From positions 21,620,032 through 21,655,335 of the forward strand of contig NC_068994.1 of the NCBI RefSeq assembly GCF_001194135.2: a DNA stretch of 35,304 bases, given 5' to 3'. The position numbers and the translations under genes were made by a program. The notes under the pieces were generated by a model. It was not told the DNA's origin, ran no database searches, and saw only the letters and a list, made by a program, of their open reading frames with translations. Shown here in pieces: positions 1 through 11,789 of this stretch (position 1 is its first letter; the number at the start of each line of letters is the position of its first letter). The DNA comes from Octopus bimaculoides. Lineage: Eukaryota.

Positions 1-674
1 GAACATAATGCAAAACGGTGCATCATCATCTACTGCCCAATCTGATAGAATTCTGGCAGAACTGTGTAGCAACAGATCGCCAGCAATTGCTTCATCAGAA
101 ATTGCCGTCCTACCTCCTGCGAAAAGGAATTACCCTGCTATGTATAATCAAGGCAGCGCAAAAAGTTGTTTTGCACAAGCATTTGTATAGCCAATTAGAC
201 GGATGAAATTTACGTACACTTAATAATGTTACACAAAACAGCCTTCAGACTTTCCCTATTAATTTCATCTTTTGAATTATGAACATATTTACATCATAAG
301 GGTCTTTTCATTGTAAGGCTTTCTTTTTTAGTTGATTTTCACCTAGCAAGACTTATCGTAGATGGTGTAATAAGTCACACCCGGACAACATCAGGTTATA
401 CTGCTAGTATTCTATAGAGAGTTAGTGGTAAGTATGAGTAGCAATATTCTGAATCACAGTGTCCATGAGAATCAACCAAAAAGTCTTTTTTTAATAACTT
501 TCAGCCCAAAACTAACAACTTCCAATAATCCCTGACCTGGCAGTGACCACCAGAGTACTGCCATCAGCCAGACCCGCGTGAGATGCACAGAGAGTGATAA
601 AATCATTCTTCAATTGCTGACTTACATCAAATAGCTGTTGTCATGACTAGAATGGATCTGTCTGCCAACCTAGT

Positions 675-839
675 CTATTGGGAAGATTGTTCTGCCTGTC
701 TGGTAGTAATAGTAAAAGAGGCAGTGTGATGGAAAGGAACGAATTGAAAGGAGCGAGGATAGGACTTTTCCTCTCTGGTTAAGCTTTCATCAATTTTTTC
801 AATTAATACTTGAAAGAAGGAAGGAGAAGGGGAAATGTT
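675..839 (-). CDS. Candidate terminal coding exon, option C (NISPSPSFFQVLIEKIDESLTREEKSYPRSF...SSQ*)
   Basis: Acceptor ctcacttacatttcAG|AAC is phase 0, compatible with the donor at 4892. A GTAAGT donor follows at 625. There is no homology support. Confidence 0.3.
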   Translation of the reverse strand, partial: NISPSPSFFQVLIEKIDESLTREEKSYPRSFQFVPFHHTASFTITTRQAEQSSQ

Positions 840-1134
840 CTGAAATGTAAGTGAGAGTGGTAAGCATAGCATGCAGGTTGTGAGCACTTGCTTTGGTTGT
901 TTGGTAGTGGGGATTCTTGATTTGTCCTAAAATAAACTTTCATAGTATGCTTTTCATATTTGATGTAATCCTCACCAACCACTTTGGCAGCTTAGTACTA
1001 TTAAAACAGGATTGAGAGAAAATATTGAAGAACACAGATCCAGTGCACTTATTTGACTATTTAACACCATCTTTTTAGTTTTTAATGTTTCTATATAAAC
1101 ATATTTTTAGTTGGCTTATTTGTCATAGTGAAAG

Positions 1135-1437
1135 CAGGTAGCTCAGTGGTTAGGATATTGGCTCATGATCATAAGATCATAAGTTCAATTCCTGACAGCA
1201 CATTGTGTCCTTGAGCATGCTGCTCCAGTTCACTCAACGGGCAAAAATAAGTAATGCCTGTATTTCAAAGGGCCAGCTTTGTCACATTCTGTATCATGTT
1301 GAATTTTCCCGAAAGCTATGTTAAGGGTACATGTGTTCATGGAGTGCAAAGCCACTTGTATGTTAATTCCATGAGCAGGCTGTTCCATTGATCAGATCAA
1401 CTGGAACCCTCATCTTTGTAACCAATGGAGGACCAGT
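1135..1437 (+). mobile_element. tRNA-derived SINE
   Basis: A box TAGCTCAGTGG and B box GTTCAATTCC, followed by the SINE-type central motif GTGTCCTTGAGC and about 250 nt of body. No tRNA 3' acceptor stem. Confidence 0.8.
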
Positions 1438-1978
1438 TATATTTGTTACTGATAAACTTTCTTACTCTTGTAAGTGACATGCTCTCTTAATTAAAAGTTT
1501 TCGTATCAAAGGCAACACACCATTTAAAAAACATGGTTGATATATATTTGAAGAACATTAAATCTGAAACACACCTTGCTAACATACTGAAAGGATTCAT
1601 TACAAACAAGTTAGTGTTTCTATGCTTTACTTTTATGTGCATATTTTTTTACATAACACCTGAAAATAATAGGTGAATCTACTAACTGAAATGCGCAAAC
1701 AGAAACAAAGAATGATATTGGAAGACCAATCAATACATACCATACAGATGAAAACTTTACTGCTTTTAATTCAAGCCCATATTATATTTCATCATCTTTT
1801 TATTAACATTTGGCATGAATTGGATAGGTATGTGCAGATTTAACTATATTTCATTTCTCTCCTCATTTTTGCTGCAAAGTCTAACTGTTCTTACCTACCC
1901 CAATTAAGACTTCCTTGGTCTATATGTCCCACTAACTGTATATTGGCAGTCTTAACTTGCTCATATTTGTAATTTAGT

Positions 1979-2051
1979 TTATCCTAAATATTCTTGGTCT
2001 ATGTTCATTCCAACTTCAGACCATATCTCTATATGTTTGAAAGGATGAGAA
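1979..2051 (-). CDS. Candidate terminal exon, option B (SHPFKHIEIWSEVGMNIDQEYLG*)
   Basis: Acceptor ctctatctctcaattttaAG|T; only the phase-2 reading stays open to a plausible peptide. It needs option A upstream. Confidence 0.2.
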
Positions 2052-2164
2052 CTTAAAATTGAGAGATAGAGGAAATTCTTAGAGTAGATTATTGAAAGAA
2101 AAGTAGAAAATTTCTTTAGCATGTGATTGAAAACTTCTACCTTGTACTTGCCTTTTAAGAGCAT

Positions 2165-3917
2165 TAGCTATGAAGAAGTTGTTAGCAAGAAAGAAGACTC
2201 TTTCTGTCAGGTAAATGGCCCTGCTCAATACGTAGGAAAGGAGTTGGAAGTAATTCCATTCACAGCGCCCAGTGTAAGCTAGAGACACATAAGAGATGCA
2301 GTGGAATTGCAGGTAGATTAACAGATAAAGTTGTCTTCGTATGTGGCAGATGTGCAGGAACAATAAGCACTAAGAGCACATGGGACTTAGTCTCTCTCAA
2401 ATACCCAGGAGACTCTTGCGAGGTTGTAGATAGTTTCTGTTACCTAGGTGACCAAATTAGCAATGGTAGAAGATGCTTTGAAAGTATTGTTTCTAGAATA
2501 AGAATAGGATAGAGGAAGTTCAGAGAGCTATTACCTCTGTTGCCAACAAAAGGACTCTCTCTCAGAATGAAGGGTAGATTGTATGATGCTTGTGTACAAA
2601 TGGCTATACTCCATGGATGTGAGACATGGGCTCTGAATGCAGAAGACATGCATAGACTGGAGAGAAATGAAGGCAACATGCTCTGTTGGATGTACAACAT
2701 CAGTGTGCATGTATGACAAAGTGCAAATGTATTGAGAGAAAAGTTGGGGATAAGAGGAATCAAATGTAGCATGCAAGAGAGAAGACTTCGTTGGTTTGGA
2801 CATGTGATGTGTATGAATGAGGACAGCTGCATAAACAAGTGCCGATCACTGAAAGTGGATGGTACCTGTGGAGGAGGGCAACCCAGGGAGACATGGGATG
2901 AAGTGGTAAGGACCGATTTCAGGATGTTGGACCTCATAGAAGAAATGACAATGGACCAAGACGTCTGGAGATACAAAGTTCTTGAGAAGACCTACCCACA
3001 CGAGTGAAACTGACTTCTAAAAGCACTTGTGTTCCACCCACATGTAACAAGAAAACACACCTTACCCCAACAAACCAAACTACATCTCTTCTTTCATGCA
3101 CTATGCTTACCTCTCACTCTCCAATCCTGTCCTCATGGCCCTATTCACTGTATCATTGCTATCCGGTAGCCTCCCCCCACCTGCTCCATATACCCAGGTT
3201 TTCACCACTCACTGCACCCCACCCGACTCTCTACTCATGTTTCCTTGGCAATGTCCTGCCACTTATATTATTACCTCTGTACCTCAAGGGTATGCCCTGC
3301 CACTTGCCACCATCTATATCTCTCTCTTCCTTTACTCAACCATCCCATTTATATTCTGATCCCCATCCCTGGTGAGTATGCCTGGCACTCTGCCACCATC
3401 TCTCTCCTGCACTCTTACTGTCTCCCACTCTCTCTCCTTCTCCTGCTCTTCCCTCAGACTGGGCAACCATGTATCACCTTTACAATGGCACACCTGTTTT
3501 TGTCCTCATTCCTGATCTCTGTCTCTCTCTGGCTGGGTAACCATGTACCTACTCCTGTTTCTGACTCTGTCTCACTATAAACTTTCATCATCTGACAAAA
3601 GATCACCTCCTCCAATCTCAAAGGATCTTTGTCTTGCAAGTTACTTGGTGACCCTGCCAGAGCTGATGCCACCTAGTCCACACTGTAAAATGGTTGGCAT
3701 TTGGAAGGGCATCCAGCTATAAAAACCTTGCCAAAACTGACATCGCCTGTGCTTGTGCCACATAAAAAGCACTGTCTACTCTGCTGGGTGGTTTGTGTTA
3801 GGAAGGGCATCCAGTTGTAAAAGCCCTGCAAAGATAGACACAGAAGTCTGGTGCAGGCTCCTGTCAAACTGTCCAACCCATGCCAGCATGGAAGATGGAC
3901 ATTAAACAATGATGATG
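2165..3917 (+). mobile_element. 5'-truncated RTE-clade LINE (RT C-terminal region, CT-rich 3' UTR, (ATG)n tail)
   Basis: Cys/His finger WPCSI..KGVGSNSI...QCKLETHKRCSG...FVCGRC. RTE-type C-terminus GIKCSMQERRLRWFGHVMCM and GGGQPRETWDEVVRTD. Tail GCCAGCATGGAA...GGACATTAAAcaatgatgatg. Confidence 0.85.
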
Positions 3918-4072
3918 CTGAAGTGGTAGTAGAAAAACTGGGGCACAGACTTAACCCACTACAATTTTACTGCCATAGTTATAACAACAATAAAATTAAT
4001 AATAATGATTCCTTTTGCTTAAACACAAACCTCCAACAAAGCTATGTTGAGAGAGAGAGGCGGGGGGGGGGG

Positions 4073-4225
4073 GCTCTGTGGTTAAGAAGATTGTTTCAAA
4101 ACCACATGATTCTGGTAACACAATGGAGAAGTATCTCCAACTGTAACCTCAAGTTGACCAATAACTTGAACAGAATTTGGTAGATGAAAACTGTATTGAA
4201 GCCAATCATGTATGTGTGTGTATGT
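4073..4225 (+). mobile_element. Degenerate 5' part of a tRNA-derived SINE
   Basis: ggctctgtggttaagaag...aaccacatgattc...gaatttggtagatgaaaactg followed by a TG/TA repeat. It resembles an abundant octopus SINE head as recalled. Confidence 0.55.
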
Positions 4226-4657
4226 GTTTCCCAATGAAAGAGTTTTAAATTGCACTCTTTTACATCAAAAGCTAACTTAGCCATTTGATGAACAGAGATA
4301 GCTAAAATGATATTACAATGAAATAAGTATTGGGTTCATATAATCAACCAAACCCTTGAAGGCCAGTATGATCAAATGCAAAGGCTGAAATTAGTATGAG
4401 AATAAAAATATAAGTGCATGTGCATATGCATGCTGTGTATGATCAAAAATGACTTAACAGAAGTTTTTAAAATTAATGAAACAATATATGAATGCTGGGA
4501 AGGGCTGGGATAAATGGACATAAATTTTACCATTAATCCCAAGGATGAGGTAGGCAATGGAGAAACTAAAATGATAATCTTACATATAACAACAATGTTA
4601 ACCTCATAGTGAATGCAAATACACAGATAACAAAACAATAAAGATCATTCAACTTAC

Positions 4658-4698
4658 CATACACATTCGAACAGATACATATAAACATATGGTAATTT
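4658..4698 (-). CDS. Candidate 41-nt exon, option A (KLPYVYMYLFECV)
   Basis: Good donor ATG|GTAAGT at 4658/4657 but a weak acceptor (ctatagaaatAG). Phase 0 in, phase 2 out, compatible with the candidate exon at 1979..2051. Confidence 0.2.
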
Positions 4699-4747
4699 CT
4701 ATTTCTATAGTAACACTTGGTTAGTAATTTTGTTATAAATCAAACAT

Positions 4748-4800
4748 ATCATCATCATCATCATTAGACACCTACTTTTCCATGCTTGCATGGTTACATG
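4748..4800 (-). mobile_element. Isolated RTE-type 3' tail fragment
   Basis: The reverse complement reads CCATGCAAGCATGGAAAAGTAGGTGTCTAATGATGATGATGATG, the same tail type as at 3880-3917. Confidence 0.6.
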
Positions 4801-4891
4801 TATATTAATATACATTAAGAAAGTAATAAATAGAAAAGCAAATAAGTTCCTTTTTCCCTAGCTTTTGAAAGCATTTAAGGACTTTACTTAC

Positions 4892-7800
4892 CGAAGACAT
4901 AACTTTTTTAGATGAAACTGCTAAAGTTTTATCAGTTTGATCCAAAGTCAAACTGTTTGCGGACTTCTCTGTGGACTTTTGCATACAACATGGTTCAGCC
5001 CAGTTTAATGGTCCAACCTTCTCAGTTCCAGTAGTAACTACTGTGGTTGTCTTAAAATTTGCATTATTAGAAGTTAAAGTGTAGTTATTAAGCCAACCCC
5101 TTAAGAGAGGTTCCTGACAATGGTCACCAGAACAACTGATTGATGCTTGTGATGGAACTGCTGGCCAGCTTAATGCCACAGACATGTCTCTGACAGAAGT
5201 CCAGTCTATATGATCGGATTTTTCAGACAACCACTCAGTTCCTGTCTTTTTCAATATCCTTTCACAATTTAGAGCTGATAATTCTTCAGCCAAATTATCA
5301 GTTTCAACATCTTTACAACAGTCTTTATTTTTATTATCATTATTAATATCATTTTCATTTTTTTTATAAATATCAATATCTTTAACATCCCCAATATTTT
5401 CAGGCTTGCAATTTGTATTTTCATGGTAACCTTGATTAGTAATTTTGTCATAAGACATCTCATGTGGCTGCACAGAGAGCCACTTTTTAGCCGTGTTTTC
5501 CTCATTCATGTTCTCATTTCCATACTTCCCAGGCCAATAACATGGTTTCTCTGAGGTAGCAAACCATGTATTTGATTTCCTAAGAGACAATGGCGTTAGA
5601 AGTGGGTCAGTAGTTAAATAAGATGAAGCAGAGAGAGAGGTTTCAGGCGTGCAGTCTTTGCTTCTTGGCCAATCATTTTGCTCTGTTGAAAGCTTTGGAG
5701 TACAGATGAGTGGTTTGTTGAACCAGACATCACTATTGATGTTGTCCTCACATGAAACAGGGCACTGCAATAAATTGCCTTCCCAGACTTGTTGGCTGTT
5801 AGTTGCCTCCATCAAAGCTTTCTTTGTTTCCTTTATTTTCATGGCAGATGTTGCACTGAAATACCAATCCAGTTCATCAGTCTGGGTGTCATCCACTGAC
5901 CAAGACTTGCCCAGAAGGCTTGTTGATGATGAATCTTTATTGACCCTACTTTGTGACTTTATAACAACTTCTGGCTTAGGCCACATTTGTTTACCAGATG
6001 TCTTGTGTACAGGTGTCTCTGATGTCCAGTCTGAGTCTTCTGTGCCTGGACTTTCCAGCATCCAGTGGTCAGCTCCTGTATCTCCACACCCATCGTTACT
6101 GTCCCACATTGTAGGGTTAACTGCTTCAGAACTTAAAGGTAATGCTGGTTGCCAGGTATGTGTTTTTTGTGAATTTATCCAAGTATTTTGCTGCTGTTGC
6201 TGCCATAAATCAGACTTAGCACAGACTACATCTGATATGGGAATCTTTGAAAGGTGATTTGTACTGCTGATTGTGCTAAATGGTGGCACTATACCACTGA
6301 GAGGACTACTGTGACTTGACATCATTGAAACTGATTTAGAACTCCCTTGATTGTTTGGCCACTGTTCCTCTTTAATCACATGACCACTGATATTCAGAGC
6401 AGGGTTCCTATGTGTATCATCTGCAATTGATGATGGCTGGGAAAATACATGAATACAGTTGCCAGGATCCAATGCAGCAGAACTACAAGATGAGGTAGAA
6501 GATGAAACAGCAACTGGCCATGAATCATGTGGAGCAATTGGCGTCCAGTTTATTGCTTCAGTTACAGCTACAGGTGTCCAATTTAGTATTTCATCTGACC
6601 CACGACTCCATGTCTTTGGATAGTGATTTTTAGCATCAGATGCCATTAAACCCAATATACTGGTTGTACTACTATCAATATTATCTCTGCCCCATGGTGA
6701 AGGTGTTGAAGAGGTGCCAGCAGACTCTGACTGATTGTCATAACTCCAGATACTAGCTGCATTGTTTATTTTATTTCTCTCACAACGACTGAATGCACCG
6801 CCTACATCAGAAACCCCATACTGTGGAGTACAAAGACTCATGTAGCAATCAGACTCGAAACCAGATGGCAATGGCCTAACATCAGATGCAGTAGCGCAAT
6901 CTCTAATGTTATCTTCTGAACACACCTCTTCAGCAAGTTTTTCAAGATCATAATCTACAAAACTTTCATTAGGCTGCTGACAAGTAAGGTGAAATTGTGT
7001 TGATCTTGACTCTTCTTGTGGCGAGCTGTGAGACATTCCAGTCTGAATGTATTTATCTGTATTCCTGTGCAGGCGAAATTTTGGCACAAATCCTATTTTG
7101 GGATGAACACTTTCTGTTTTGTTCTCAATAGTTTCTGCTTGGTGGAAATCTTGATAAGGTGATCGGCATTCGGGATGGCCTCCAAACAGATCTGGAGGCT
7201 GATAAAGAATTGGTGCCATTGCTGAAATATTTTCAGGAATGAATCTTTGTGATTTAGCATGATTTGAACCAACAGTCACCAAGAGATCTGCAGCAGCAAC
7301 TGCATTGAGAGTATCCAGGCTAATTTTGTGTCCAATACCCACACCAGGTGGGGTTTTAATTGGTCGAAAATGAGTCCTGGGAGAAAAATATAACATCTCA
7401 TGAGGTGATATTACTGGACTGGATTGTTGTGCCAATTCTTCCTCCTCTTCCAAAGACTTACTTTTGTTGTCTTCCAGTGTTTCAGAAAGCTCAGCCATTA
7501 CTGTGTGTTTACGTGGAATTACATCTTTAAAGGCAGAGCATTTAGAAGGAATCAATTCAGAAGCTTGAAAAGGACCCATAACAGAGGTCTGTAACAAGGA
7601 AGATGGAGATGAAGACAATAAACACGGAGAAGTTGATGAAACAGTTGAAGATGACACTGGAGAAGTTACAATGGAAACAACAGATGAAGGAGGCGAAGGT
7701 AATGTTGAAGTTTGAACTTCTGAAAACTTTTTTCTATTTTCAAGATTAGTGGTTGCATCGGATTCAGGTAATTCTGAAGTATCCTGCATTTTATCACATC

Positions 7801-10800
7801 CAGGTAGAGGTGGTAAATTATCATCTTTTACATCAACTAAAGCTGAACATTCATGTTTGGCACTCTCTATGGCATGTGGAACAAATGTGGTAGGCAAAAC
7901 CTTGATAGGAAGTGATATAACAGGCTTTTCTGGGTAAAAGTCTCTGGCTAATGGAAACATAAAACTAGAATTGCTCAATGGAGGAGAAAGGAGAGGTGAT
8001 GAGAAGAAAGACGAGGAAGAGGCTGGCCAACTTTGCTGATGGTAGAAAGGGCCAGTTGGTGAAGAACTGTAGAAACTATAATAGTTACAACAGAAATAAT
8101 CCCAGTTACCAAACTGTTTACTACTGCTGTTGTTGTTGTTGTTGCTGCTGTTGTTGGTAATTACTGCAGCAGAAGGAAAGATGGAAACAGGAGAGAACAA
8201 AGACGTGTTATCATGGAGAAATGAAGAGATTGGTGGCAAGCTGGCAACCTTAGGTGGTGAGTTTGAACTAAGTGAAGATGTGGTAGCTACAGAACCAACA
8301 GTTGGTAGAAATAACGTAAAAGGGTTATGCTTCAGCTGTTGTGGTGAGTAAGAGCAAATATTGGAATATGGGCGGTGTTGAGGAATTGGCTGGCTGGACA
8401 TGGTTAACCGCTTTTGACAGTTTATGTTCCACAACTGAGAAAAAGAGTTACCTTTAGTAAAAAATTCATCAGGATTTGCAAGGCCTTCCTCAATATTGTT
8501 GTCATTGCAATTTTTACACCATAGCTGATTGATTATACTGAAGTCTGGTAGACTGATTGACTTACCATCTACAGGATCAACAACAGTTGATAGCATAGAG
8601 TCAGGTTTACTAAAGCTTTCCTTCTTATACTGCAGTTGATGATCTTGCCATAGTAATCTCATATCAAACACTAATTGCTCAGGCCATTTCTGGTTGCCTT
8701 GGGCAAAAAGTTCAGCTGAGAAACTTGAATCTAACTTGTTGTATATAGCAGTCATATAGTTTTCAGGAGTTTCAGTTGTTTGACTATCTCTTGAGAAATC
8801 AGGATAGTGACCAGGGGTGAGTACAGGGCTACGAATTAGTGCTGGCATATCAGTGTCTTTCCAAGTGTTTCCTGGTAGTGATTCAGCACATGTAGAAAGA
8901 GTGTCTAATATTTCACTGTCTTCAGTATTTTCACTGTTAATGTTCAGTGGCTTCTGATCATTGGACACTGAAATATTTTCGCTGAGACTTGATGGATCTT
9001 TAGAGTCACATTCTGCAATATGGGTCAGATATGAGAGGTCAACTAGAGACAGTGATGATGTAGAACAAGGAGAAGTTGATGAGGGAGTGTTGACAGTAGA
9101 AGAACAGACGGAAGAAGTATTGACTTTACCACTCTCCGTATTGATTGATGGATGTCTAGGGCTGAGATATGAGTGGCTAGTGGCACAAGTAAAAGTGGAA
9201 AGCAGTGAAGGTGTTGCTGAAGTGGTAGTAAAAGTGGCATCAGCTGTTGAGGATTTTGGGACAGAACTCTGCTCAGAGTCAGTGAGAAGTAACTGGGGTG
9301 TAAGTACAATGCTTGTAACTGCAGTAGCTGGCTGAGGTGGTTGGATGTCAACAAGCAAATGTCCCGGAAATGACCATACACTTTCAATGTTTGGTTCAGT
9401 GGTCAAACAACTTGCACTATGGTGACTCTTGGGAAGGTTTTCACCAATGTGTGAAGTGTAGCTAACTGTTTGAGAACTGCTGCTAGTAGTGGTTGTTACA
9501 GCTGACCACAGGTTAGTATCGGTCATTGTAGTTAGCAGAGCATCATTAGTACAATTCAGACCAGAAGTTACCATATTACTAATTGGACTGTTTCCTGATT
9601 TCTCATTGGTAACAGCTGTCAAATTTTTATCACAATGATTACTTTCAGCAACTGGAGAATCAACTTGTTTACTTTGGCAAAAACTGCCAACAGGCTCATT
9701 GCTCATGCTTGATGTTGAAAGCATGCAGGAGTCAACCTTTTCACTTGGGTAAATAGGCGGCTGAGTTTCAACAAAAGGGCCGAGTAACATAGAGAAATTA
9801 TCAATCTTATTTTCAGTGAAAGACTGAATATCATCTAATGATGATGGTGAAGGGAGTGGGTAGCTGTGCCTCTTATAAAGTCGGGCACGCAATTTACTGC
9901 TAGAATCCACACTACTGATAGAAGGTACTTCAGCAACTGTAGTGCATGCAACAGGAGAGCAACGCACAGTGTCAAATGGGTCTTCAAAGTTGCTCTCATA
10001 CCAGGAGGCATCCTCACGAAATGCTTCACAAACCATATTAGGTACTGGGTTTATCTCCTCGTTGCTCCATTTCATATCTCGAAAACTTTGGTCATAGTAA
10101 CTGTAGTTGATTTCATCGAGAAGAAACAGTGGGGATGAGCCTGTGGGTGAAGGAGGATCTAAAATCGAAATAGATTGTGGAGCTGTTTGATTCAGTGCAA
10201 CTGATCTCACAGCCAGTTGGTTTCTCAGAATGTCTTGTTGATTCAAGATATCTGATGCATACTGAAATTGTTGATCCTGCATTCGCCAGTGCGAAGTATG
10301 GGAGGTGGAATATGGATCTCTATCTGCTGCCAAAGCTGGACGTTTCTCATTGGATGAGAGGAGAATATCTTTGAGAATATTCTCCACAATTATACAATAT
10401 TTCTGACCCTCTCTATCAGAACATATACTGCTTTTATAATCTGAATTATTGTAGTTATCCATTTTTCTATGGTAGTATTGGCCTTGTTTCAAGTTCTCAC
10501 AGCCACCAATTAACTGTTGCTGTTGCTGGGTGACAGTGTGACTTGTTAAAGGCTGTATCTCCGCAGACATATCACAGGTTAGAGCACGGCAGAGCTTACT
10601 CTTGCCTGATCCAGTTCGCTGCTGAGGTTGCTTCATTGAAACCATGTGTAGTGGATAAAAACCTGAATTATGGTGCCTGTTCCGAGCAGAACTGTAGTGA
10701 GTAGTTAAACTACTGCTTTCTGTTTTTTTATGGACATTTTCTTTGTTTCCATGGTGTGTGTGAGAGCTGCGAGTACCAAGCCGGATAGTGGAGTCATTCC

Positions 10801-11153
10801 TACGACGAATGTTGCCATTCCGTCTGCTCTTAGTTTGGCATTTGTTCTCTTTAGTGCAGGAATTAACTGATGTAGAGGTGCCACTGCAATTATTACCACT
10901 GACAGATTGGTAATGTGATTTCTTATCAGCTTTTACTTGGTGAAACTGTCGTTTACGTTGCATCAGCTGTTGTTGTTTCTGCTGTTGCAGTTGCTGCTGC
11001 TGCTGTTCTTGTTGCTGCTGTTCTTGTTGCTGCTGAAGTTTTTTCTTCCAGACATTTGAATTGTCAGATCCTGGAATTACAGTGGAAGGAGATCCTATAG
11101 TAGGTGTGGTCTGGGAGGAATCTGTTGACAGGGCAGGAAATGCAGCATAGTAC
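4892..11153 (-). CDS. KIAA0232: KIAA0232-like giant coding exon (6262 nt, about 2087 codons, low-complexity and probably disordered)
   Basis: The frame of ORF 4805..10963 stays open for 63 codons upstream of the track's ATG (YYAAFPAL...polyQ) up to the acceptor ttttcattctctttaAG|G at 11153. Donor TCG|GTAAGT at 4892/4891, phase 0. The sequence is S/T/P-rich with no stop in 6.2 kb. Confidence 0.88.
8124..8157 (-). repeat. Coding AAC/AGC trinucleotide repeat (NNSSNNNNNSS)
   Basis: ctgctgttgttgttgttgttgctgctgttgttg on the + strand, in frame within the giant exon. Confidence 0.85.
10964..11035 (-). repeat. Coding CAG/CAA repeat: polyQ tract QQQQEQQQQEQQQQQLQQQKQQQL
   Basis: Direct translation in the frame of the giant exon. 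Confidence 0.9.
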
Positions 11154-11289
11154 CTTAAAGAGAATGAAAAGAAGATAGTTTTAACTTTTACATCTTACTG
11201 ATGAACTTTCAACATACAAGATACAAGTAAAACATTTAAACAATTATCTAGCTTTAATATGTAAACATAAGAAATTATTCTTGGTGGTC

Positions 11290-11512
11290 TCTGTGTAAAA
11301 GAACCTCTTTAATCATGAATGACCATGGGATTGCAACTAGAAGATTCTCCTCCAGGGCACAAGCCTGGGCAAGGTTGTTTGTGGAAGACCAGCAGTTGCC
11401 CATGCATACCTGCCTCCTGTCTCCACACAACTGATGTTATCCAAGGGAAAGGCAAAGGCTGATACAGCTTGGCACCAATAATGTTGCACCTCATTTCTAC
11501 AGCTGAGTGTAA
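11290..11512 (-). mobile_element. 5'-truncated SINE
   Basis: The reverse complement contains CTCAGCTGTAGAAATGAG...GGTGCCAAGCTGTATCAGCCTTTGCCTTTCCCTTGGATAAC...CATGGGCAACTGCTGGTC, a common octopus SINE body as recalled. Confidence 0.65.
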
Positions 11513-11519
11513 CCACCCC

Positions 11520-11752
11520 TCCTTCTATGTATAGATATGATATATTTGTGCATGTATGTACATATCCCTACTTACATGTGTGTGTAGGTAAAAGCATATA
11601 TGAGCATATGAGCAGGTGTGTGTGTGTGTATGTGTGTATGGCTATATTGGTATAAATACATATGCAGATTTATATGTTAGACATAGGTATATGTGAGGAT
11701 GCATATATTTGCCTCCATATATATTACATGTGGGGTATGTATGTGTGCACAT
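11520..11752. repeat. Degenerate TA/TG microsatellite region
   Basis: Alternating purine-pyrimidine runs (tgtgtgtgtatgtgtg, atatgagcatatgag). Confidence 0.75.
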
Positions 11753-11789
11753 ACTCTATTGCTGTTTCTCTCCCTTCTGCTAGAACTTA

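Noticed and set aside
1138-1195. tRNA gene
   Set aside because: A and B boxes are present, but there is no closing acceptor stem and it continues into a SINE body.
3004-3580. Overlapping hydrophobic ORFs here and at 14673-15149 and 23096-23515
   Set aside because: They arise from the stop-poor CT-rich 3' UTR of the RTE LINE.
5649-9335. Antisense + strand ORFs of 202 aa, 124 aa and others over the giant exon
   Set aside because: These are shadows of a long S/T-rich coding strand, with no good starts and no recognisable motifs.
4805-10963. Track ORF taken as a complete single-exon 2052-aa gene
   Set aside because: The frame is open upstream to a splice acceptor at 11153, and the last 29 codons lie beyond the GTAAGT donor at 4891. 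It is an internal exon.
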